Origin: a virus
Lineage: Duplodnaviria; Caudoviricetes
Virus record (IMG/VR): IMGVR_UViG_3300028797_006177
Coordinates: 39,961 to 103,960 of that record
Direction: 5' to 3' (one strand)
DNA: 64,000 nucleotides
Position numbers and translations under genes: made by a program
Shown here: positions 57,743-64,000 of the stretch, one piece after another
Position numbering within the stretch: the stretch's first letter is position 1
Layout: every line of letters begins with the position of its first letter
The notes under the pieces: generated by a model
What the model saw: only the letters and a program-made list of their open reading frames with translations
Database searches by the model: none
What the model was told of the DNA's origin: nothing

Positions 57743-58609
57743 ATGAAGAAAAATCTTTTTTGGCTGGCTGGCATCGCAGTGATGCTGGCGGCTTGTGAGA
57801 ACGAAATGGACGATGCGTCCGCAGTTAGTAACGAGACCAAGACGGTGACTTTCTCCGTGCAGGGCGACTTCGAGAAGCCTACCTTCGAGGGCATGACCCG
57901 TGCCGGACTGGAGGCGGACGGCAAGGCGATGACGGACCTTTGGGTGCTGGACTATCAGAACGGCACACTGCTGCAGCAGGTACACCAGACGGCAGAGGAT
58001 GCGGACTTCGGCTCACCGTCGCTCGCACTGGGCTATGGGGCGCACCATGTCTATTTCGTGACCTCTCGCGGCACTACGCCGACACTCCTGACCGACGCGC
58101 ACAAGATTACCTGGGCGAAGGCGATGGACACGTTCTATAAGGATTATAGCATCAACGTGGCATCATCGACTTCTGCCACTCAGAGTGTGACGCTGGATCG
58201 TGTGGCAACGAAACTCTCTGTGACTGTCAATGACGAGATTCCAGAGGGCATTTCGTCCATCGAGCTGACGCCTGCCACTTGGTACAGCGGTCTGGACTAC
58301 ATCAGCGGACAGCCTACGGATGCGCTGACCAATGAAGCGAGGGTGATTAGTATTCCTGCGTCGTATGTGGGCAGGACGGAAACGAATCTGAGCATCTACG
58401 GCATCAGCAGCACGACGGAATGGACAACGGGCGTAACGATAACGGCTCGTGACGGAGACGGCAATGTACTGGGGCAGGCCGAGCTGGACGATGCGCCATT
58501 CATGGCTAACCGAGTGACGAGCTACAGCGGCAATCTGTTTTCCAGCGGCGGCGGTTTCGCGCTAAGCCTGAATGCAGAGTGGGGAACAGAATACACAGGA
58601 AGCTGGTGA
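57743..58609 (+). CDS. FimB/Mfa2-like type V pilin lipoprotein
   Basis: Lipobox 'LAAC', 'MTRA' processing-type site, 'LDRVATKL', C-terminal 'LNAEWG..Y..W' strand. Confidence 0.75.
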   Translation: MKKNLFWLAGIAVMLAACENEMDDASAVSNETKTVTFSVQGDFEKPTFEGMTRAGLEADGKAMTDLWVLDYQNGTLLQQVHQTAEDADFGSPSLALGYGAHHVYFVTSRGTTPTLLTDAHKITWAKAMDTFYKDYSINVASSTSATQSVTLDRVATKLSVTVNDEIPEGISSIELTPATWYSGLDYISGQPTDALTNEARVISIPASYVGRTETNLSIYGISSTTEWTTGVTITARDGDGNVLGQAELDDAPFMANRVTSYSGNLFSSGGGFALSLNAEWGTEYTGSW

Positions 58610-58654
58610 AAAAATTGAAAAATTGAAAGATTAAAAAGTTAAAACTTAAAGATT

Positions 58655-59518
58655 ATGAAAAAGTTCATTTTTCTTTCAATGATTACGGCTCTGGTTTCCT
58701 GTCAGCAGATTGATTTCGACGACATCAAGGCGGACGATGGAAGCGATGCCAATGTGGTGCTAACGTTCTCGACATACGGTCAGCAGGAGTTTACTCGTGC
58801 GGCTGCACCCTTGACGGACCAGTGCTCGCGTCTATCGGTAGCGGTGTTCGACGAGGACGATGCAAAGGTTGGTTCTACGAAGAGCCAGAAGGTAGGCGAC
58901 ACGAACTTTGGTACCATCGGGCTGTCGTTGCAGGACGGCACTTATACCATCGTGGCGATTGCTCACAACGGCGAGGGGAACTGCACGATTACTTCTCCAA
59001 GCAAGGTGACGTTTCCGAGCAATAAGATGACCGACACGTTCTGCTACTGCGGCGAGCTGGTGGTGGATGGCAGTGTTAGCGAGACGCTGGAAATGAAGCG
59101 TGTGGTGGCGATGATGCGCCTAACGATTACCGATGCTATTCCTGAAGGCGTGGCAAGGTTGAAGTTCTATTATACAGGCGGCAGTTCAACACTGAATCCT
59201 CGCACGGGTTTCGGTTGCGTGAACTCGAAGCAGACGGAGTATCGCAGCGTGATAGACGACAACGGTATGCCTGTCAGTGTCTATGAGATTTACACAGCTC
59301 CGCATGAGCAGAACGATATTCTGAAACTGACCATCACTTCGCAGGATGCCAGCAACGGCGACATTGACGTGTTCGAGCCGATGGAGAACATTCCCGTGAC
59401 GGTCAATAAGATTACGACTTGGGAAGGTGCGCTCTTCGGCGGCAGTTCGTCATCAGGAGGCAATATCGGCATTACGCTTGATACGGCCTGGGGCGGCTTT
59501 ATTAACTACACTTGGTAA
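58655..59518 (+). CDS. FimB/Mfa2-like type V pilin lipoprotein (paralog)
   Basis: Lipobox 'LVSC', 'FTRA', 'MKRVVAMM', C-terminal 'LDTAWGG..Y.W'. Confidence 0.75.
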   Translation: MKKFIFLSMITALVSCQQIDFDDIKADDGSDANVVLTFSTYGQQEFTRAAAPLTDQCSRLSVAVFDEDDAKVGSTKSQKVGDTNFGTIGLSLQDGTYTIVAIAHNGEGNCTITSPSKVTFPSNKMTDTFCYCGELVVDGSVSETLEMKRVVAMMRLTITDAIPEGVARLKFYYTGGSSTLNPRTGFGCVNSKQTEYRSVIDDNGMPVSVYEIYTAPHEQNDILKLTITSQDASNGDIDVFEPMENIPVTVNKITTWEGALFGGSSSSGGNIGITLDTAWGGFINYTW

Positions 59519-59585
59519 CTCTCTTTATAGGACGGTGGGGCGACCACCCTGCCGTCCTTTTCAATAAATCAAGAAAGCAAGAATT

Positions 59586-60395
59586 ATGGAAAACAATAAA
59601 ACAAGATTGAAAGAAGTGTTGGCTGTGGTCAACAACAAGGGCGGGGTAGGGAAGACTACCACCGTACAGAGTTTGGCGGCGGCGATGGTGCGCGAGCATC
59701 CTGAATGGCGGGTGCTGGTGATTGACATGGACCCACAAGGAAATCTGTCGCAGCTGATGGGCTGGAACGGCGAGAGGATGCCGACGGTGACGGACGCACT
59801 ATCATCAGAGCAGGGACTGTTGCCTATCTACAAGAACAACCGGGGCATATACTACGTTCCGTCGTCGCCTGCGCTGCAGAAGATTGAGCCGAAGATGATG
59901 GCGCAGATGCAGCCGTATATGGTGCTCCGCAAGTTGTTTATAGGCAAGGTGGAGGATTACAGCGACGAAGGCATCAGCACCATCCCTTATTATTTCGACT
60001 ATGTGCTGATTGACTGCCCTCCTGCACTAAGCATGTGTACCTACAATGCTATGGCGGTGGCAAGTGGTTTACTGATACCAGTTCAGATGGAAGGGCTATC
60101 GGTGTCAGGATTGGCACCAATTATCGTGGAAATGGAGCGAGTTAAGCGAGAACTAAACTCAGGATTGGAACTGCGAGGCATCCTGCCCGTGATGGTTGAC
60201 ATGCGTCCGAACATCGTGCGGTCTTTTGTGGACTATCTGAAAGGGGCGTATGGCGACAATGTGACATCGACCATTATCCCGCGTTCTGTAAAGGTCAACG
60301 AGGCACAGACGAAGAAGCAGAACATCTACGAGTATAAGCAGTGGTCGCCTGTGGCCAATGCGTATGAAAAATTAGTTAAAGAACTATTCGGGTGA
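59586..60395 (+). CDS. parA: ParA/Soj partition ATPase
   Basis: 'NNKGGVGKTT', 'IDMDPQGNL' and 'IDCPP'. Confidence 0.95.
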   Translation: MENNKTRLKEVLAVVNNKGGVGKTTTVQSLAAAMVREHPEWRVLVIDMDPQGNLSQLMGWNGERMPTVTDALSSEQGLLPIYKNNRGIYYVPSSPALQKIEPKMMAQMQPYMVLRKLFIGKVEDYSDEGISTIPYYFDYVLIDCPPALSMCTYNAMAVASGLLIPVQMEGLSVSGLAPIIVEMERVKRELNSGLELRGILPVMVDMRPNIVRSFVDYLKGAYGDNVTSTIIPRSVKVNEAQTKKQNIYEYKQWSPVANAYEKLVKELFG

Positions 60396-60468
60396 AGAAA
60401 ATTGCCAAATGGCTAAATAGTACATAAATTGTAAATTGTAAATCGTCAAATCGTAAATGAATAGGGTT

Positions 60469-60786
60469 ATGGGAAAGAACAACTGGAACCTGCAGGACAT
60501 GCAGGAAACCTTAGTCAAGGACACGGAGCAGCGCATTGAGCAGGGCTTCGAGAGTATTAAGAATGAAAATGGCGGCAGCTTCGTGGTGAAGCCTGCAACC
60601 GAGGCACCTGTGCCGCCAATGAAGGACGAGCAGCAGGCCGAGCCTACCAAGGGTGTGCAGACGTACATACCTATGTCGATGTACCGCCGCTTGAATGACA
60701 TCAAACTGACCAGGGGAGAGACTATAGCAAACCTTGTGGCAGAAGCGGTGGCGCTGTGGCTGGATGTTCAAGAGGGCAAATTATAG
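60469..60786 (+). CDS. Putative ribbon-helix-helix partition partner (ParG-like)
   Basis: Small gene after parA; disordered N-terminus and 'GVQTYIPMSMYRRL' strand-helix-helix. Confidence 0.6.
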   Translation: MGKNNWNLQDMQETLVKDTEQRIEQGFESIKNENGGSFVVKPATEAPVPPMKDEQQAEPTKGVQTYIPMSMYRRLNDIKLTRGETIANLVAEAVALWLDVQEGKL

Positions 60787-60794
60787 TCACAACT

Positions 60795-61256
60795 ATGACC
60801 AGAATCAATAGTGCTATTCATGTGCGATGCCTGACGGACGAGCATCTGCTGGCTGAACATCGAGAGATTAAGCGACTTCCGTTCTGTCTGCGCGAGGCTA
60901 TCAGGACTGGAAGCATTAAGCATATTCCTGAGAAGTTCGTGCTGGGAAAAGGGCATGTAAAGTTCTTCCTGGATAAACAGCAATTTGTCTATAACAGATA
61001 CATCGACATTCATTGCGCTGTCAGAGGCAGAGGGTTCAACGTGCAGTCGTATATTGATAATTGGAGTACACATTGCGTCAAGGACTACTGGAACGACTAT
61101 ACCCCAACATACGAGGAACGACAGTTACTCATTGATCGCATCACCGACCGCATCATGCACAGCAAGAAGCAAACGTGGCACTACTACGGCCAGGCCATAT
61201 CAAAAGAAGCCGCAGTGCGTCTGCTGATGGGCAACGAAGTGTCCGAAACTATATAA
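60795..61256 (+). CDS. denV: Pyrimidine-dimer DNA glycosylase (T4 endonuclease V-like)
   Basis: 'MTRIN...LTDEHLLAEHREIKRL...LGKGHVKFF'. Confidence 0.92.
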   Translation: MTRINSAIHVRCLTDEHLLAEHREIKRLPFCLREAIRTGSIKHIPEKFVLGKGHVKFFLDKQQFVYNRYIDIHCAVRGRGFNVQSYIDNWSTHCVKDYWNDYTPTYEERQLLIDRITDRIMHSKKQTWHYYGQAISKEAAVRLLMGNEVSETI

Positions 61257-61336
61257 ATGGACACCTTAGTGCAAACTATAATATCCGACACCACAAACTA
61301 TATAAGAAGGTGAATACAACTATATATTTGGACACC
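61246..61336 (+). repeat. Iteron-like repeats; candidate replication origin
   Basis: AACTATA-N6-(G/C)GACACC-type units at 61246, 61273, 61295 (partial) and 61317, the last three 22 bp apart; AT-rich tract follows. Confidence 0.65.
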
Positions 61337-61512
61337 TTATTTATATACTATATATAGAAATACTCTTTATAAATGATGGAGAAAAGGGTAGCGTTCAGTA
61401 TAGTACGGAATGCGAAAACTGCGATAAACAAAGGGTTTGCGGTGTGTCAAGGTGAACAATGTTATAGTAGAATCGTGCATTTTGCACAACATAATTGAAG
61501 ATTTCAATAGTT

Positions 61513-62772
61513 ATGGAAGAGAATAAACAGCAGTTGATGGAGTGCGCACGGCAGGAGATGTGGATCAAGACGCCGTTCTCGTACATCAAGCTCGGACCGA
61601 AACTGACGCTGTTCCAGCAGGACACGATGCTGATGGTCAGCGACCACCTGCAGCAGTATGTGAAGAACTTCTTCGACCTGAATCTGAACAACACAGAGGC
61701 GAAGCCGAGGGCACTCTTCACTAAGTACCTGCTGGAGCATGGCATCCCGCCGTTCCGCATCAACCTGGCCGACATGGACATTGACCCCGCCAACTACAAG
61801 GTGGTGCGCAAGGCCATTGAGGAAATGAACTTGCTGGTGGAGCATCAGGAGTTCGACGAGAACGGAAAGCCGACGGGACATACTATTTTCTCGCCTGTGT
61901 TCACGAAGTTCCGCGTGCCGAGGACGGGCGACTACTACCGCAAGCGCGACGAGCAGGGCGAGATTATCGTGGAGTCTGCGAGGCATAGCGGTTACATTGA
62001 GGTGGAGATTAACAAGGATGTGGCACAGTATGCCTTCGACATGAGCCAGGGCTACGCCAATCACCCGAAACTGATTGCACGCTATGCCACGAAGCGTAGC
62101 ACGCCACGGCTCTACTTCAAGCTGCAGGAGTTGATGGGTAGGGAGCGGCACACCCGCGTCCGTCTGACGGTGCAGGAGATTAAGAACTTTCTCGGCTTCG
62201 AGACATTCAAGGATGATGCAACGGGCGAGTGGGTGGTGCCGTATCAGAAGTTCGCCCATTTCAAGACAAAGGTGCTGGATGCTGTGAAGGCCGACCTCGA
62301 CCAGATGGCACGTGACAACCATACAGACATCACGTTTAGCTACGAGCCTGTCTATCTGAACGGACGCAGGCGCGGCGACCCTGACTATATCGAGTTCACG
62401 GTTATGAGTACCAACCTTGGACTTGGATATTCCTTACTAACCAAGAAAGACACACCTGCAACAGGACAAGCAAAGGACTTGGTAAAGCAGGCAAGCCTTC
62501 GCATCGAGCAAATCAAGGAGCAATGGGAACAATGTAGGGCCGATATGCTCAGTCATTGCACAAGGGAGAATAGCTTCCGCGTCATAACATCACTCTCCTT
62601 TGAATCTTGGACGGAAGACACGAAGACGCTCATGCTGAGACTGGAAAAATACGACGACTATTCGTGGATTATGCAGCCGCATGTGTCGGGCGACTTGGTG
62701 AAGCCTGCGATGCTGAAACATTTCGGCACAGGTGTGAGCTGGATGTATAGTGTGCCACCACCTGCTATTTAG
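61513..62772 (+). CDS. Plasmid-type replication initiator (Rep_3/RepB-like)
   Basis: 'TPRLYFKL...LTVQEIKNFLG...YQKFAHFKTKVLD' winged-helix pattern; iterons upstream. Confidence 0.8.
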   Translation: MEENKQQLMECARQEMWIKTPFSYIKLGPKLTLFQQDTMLMVSDHLQQYVKNFFDLNLNNTEAKPRALFTKYLLEHGIPPFRINLADMDIDPANYKVVRKAIEEMNLLVEHQEFDENGKPTGHTIFSPVFTKFRVPRTGDYYRKRDEQGEIIVESARHSGYIEVEINKDVAQYAFDMSQGYANHPKLIARYATKRSTPRLYFKLQELMGRERHTRVRLTVQEIKNFLGFETFKDDATGEWVVPYQKFAHFKTKVLDAVKADLDQMARDNHTDITFSYEPVYLNGRRRGDPDYIEFTVMSTNLGLGYSLLTKKDTPATGQAKDLVKQASLRIEQIKEQWEQCRADMLSHCTRENSFRVITSLSFESWTEDTKTLMLRLEKYDDYSWIMQPHVSGDLVKPAMLKHFGTGVSWMYSVPPPAI

Positions 62773-63961
62773 CATTCTTCTTTTTAGCCCCAAACACTTT
62801 ATTGAGCAGCTTGAAGTTGTTGTCGTTGATGATGGTGAAATCCTTGGCAATGTATATGTCGGCTATGTCGTATGTTCCGACGTGGTTCAGGGCTTCGTCA
62901 ACATCACTCTTTGAGAAGTGCATCATGTTACGGGAAAGCGTGGCAAAGGTATGACGCGCCTGGTAGAACTGGAGGTTGTCGATGCCGAGTTCCTCGCCAA
63001 CATCTTTCAGACCGATATTGATGGCACGATTGAAGTCGGAAGCGGACGAATATCGCTTGCTAAACGAGAACACCTTGCCGCTGCCTTTGTATCGCCTCAT
63101 TAGATCGGCAATAACGGGATGAACTTTTACTTCGATATAAGCATTGTCGCTACGCCTGTCCTGTGTCTTTGCCCTGTTGTATTTTATCGTGTCGTTCCTG
63201 ATTTCTTTGGCTTCGTACATATCAACGGAGTTCATACCCATCAGACAAAAGGACAGGATAAAACAATCCCTTGCGAGTTGAGCGCGACTACCTGGCCTAC
63301 CTTTATAATTATATATAGTAAGTAGTTGCTCCAGAGTCAATGCGCGGACACCCTTCTTTATTTGCTGCTTCGGTACGCGGTACCGCAGAAACGGGTCGTT
63401 GGCTATGACAGTCTCATAGTCTGTGTTGTACCTGCGCATCGCCTCATGGTACAGATGCCGGATAAATCCAAGATACATCGACTGCGCTCGTGGTCTGTCT
63501 TGCAGGTGCCTGTCGTAGTCTTCCAGAAGTTTGTATGTGATGCTCTTGAACGGCAGCATCCTCTTCCCAACAAACCCCTCCAATGAGTTAAGCATCGTCT
63601 TGTAGTTCTTTACGCCCTTGATGCTTGTCTTGTCAATCCATTCGTCTGCAAAGGCGAAGAAGTCCAGTTCGTCTTTCTTCGCTACGATCCTGCTGACAAT
63701 TTCGCCAGCATCCATTGTCGCACGGCCAAGGTAATCTAATTGCAGCGCGTCGAGCCTTTCTTGAAGCTCTCGTCGCTTGTTATCTATCATCTTTGCCTTC
63801 TCCGGCTCCCTTATGCGCTTCCCGTTGGTCGTCAGTTCTGAATCCGAGACGGACACTCCAGTCGGGATGCGCTTCTTATGTAACCCCTGACATAACAAGA
63901 ACGACACGGGATGCACGCGCTTCTTATTCTTTTTCCCTATTTCAATCGTTATTGTAGCCAT
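62765..63961 (-). CDS. int: Tyrosine integrase
   Basis: 'YNRAKT', 'FYQARHTFAT', 'ALNH' and 'IADIY'; N-terminal arm-binding and SAM-like domains; start ATG 63961. Confidence 0.92.
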   Translation of the reverse strand: MATITIEIGKKNKKRVHPVSFLLCQGLHKKRIPTGVSVSDSELTTNGKRIREPEKAKMIDNKRRELQERLDALQLDYLGRATMDAGEIVSRIVAKKDELDFFAFADEWIDKTSIKGVKNYKTMLNSLEGFVGKRMLPFKSITYKLLEDYDRHLQDRPRAQSMYLGFIRHLYHEAMRRYNTDYETVIANDPFLRYRVPKQQIKKGVRALTLEQLLTIYNYKGRPGSRAQLARDCFILSFCLMGMNSVDMYEAKEIRNDTIKYNRAKTQDRRSDNAYIEVKVHPVIADLMRRYKGSGKVFSFSKRYSSASDFNRAINIGLKDVGEELGIDNLQFYQARHTFATLSRNMMHFSKSDVDEALNHVGTYDIADIYIAKDFTIINDNNFKLLNKVFGAKKKNAK

Positions 63962-64000
63962 ACTTGCTTCTGTTTTGACGGAAAACTGACGGAAATACAT

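Larger units (their letters stand above)
1..64000. mobile_element. Temperate Bacteroidales tailed phage/prophage (partial; both ends probably lie outside the window)
   Basis: Terminase, portal, capsid, protease, tail tube, tape measure, endolysin, integrase, Rep and ParA are all present; no host housekeeping genes seen. Confidence 0.95.

Noticed and set aside
59525-59560. Further copy of the TTATAG-N10 motif
   Set aside because: The second half-site is absent; the sequence instead forms a GGACGG/CCGTCC terminator-like hairpin
921-62322. Long antisense or alternate-frame ORFs (e.g. 921..1805, 10601..11401, 12671..13426, 19249..19971, 32955..33653, 61504..62322)
   Set aside because: They shadow well-supported genes, as expected from codon bias, and carry no motifs

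Overview
The whole window reads as one temperate Bacteroidales (Prevotella-like) tailed phage or prophage. The host inference rests on TAnnTTTG promoters, FimB/Mfa-type pilins and an HU-like protein. In order, the window holds: tail/baseplate genes (0.1-9.6 kb) with a diversity-generating retroelement (DGR); terminase; portal, head-tail and tape-measure genes; a Cys-rich accessory operon; holin-like genes; a Stealth phosphotransferase; tail tube, capsid and S49 protease (minus strand); a spanin-like lipoprotein; an AT-rich repeat-built island encoding an AAA+ ATPase and a vWA-like partner; an array of small early genes; a DNA methylase; an M15 endolysin; GIY-YIG fusions; two type V pilin-like lipoproteins; ParA with an RHH partner; DenV; an iteron/Rep_3 replicon; and a tyrosine integrase at the right edge. 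Six observations stand out. (1) The DGR's TR and VR differ only at adenines, but its reverse transcriptase is split over three overlapping ATG-started ORFs, with no avd gene and a fused extra domain. (2) The AAA/vWA island is written in a tiny DNA word vocabulary. (3) About 15 copies of TTATAG-N10-AAATTAG punctuate the early genes. (4) A non-canonical GTCCG-N20/21-TAnnTTTG promoter class occurs 7 times. (5) A promoter-driven pseudoknotted ncRNA candidate lies at about 28.5 kb. (6) Three multi-arm hairpin elements sit beside lysis genes. All calls come from reading the sequence by eye; no database searches were run.
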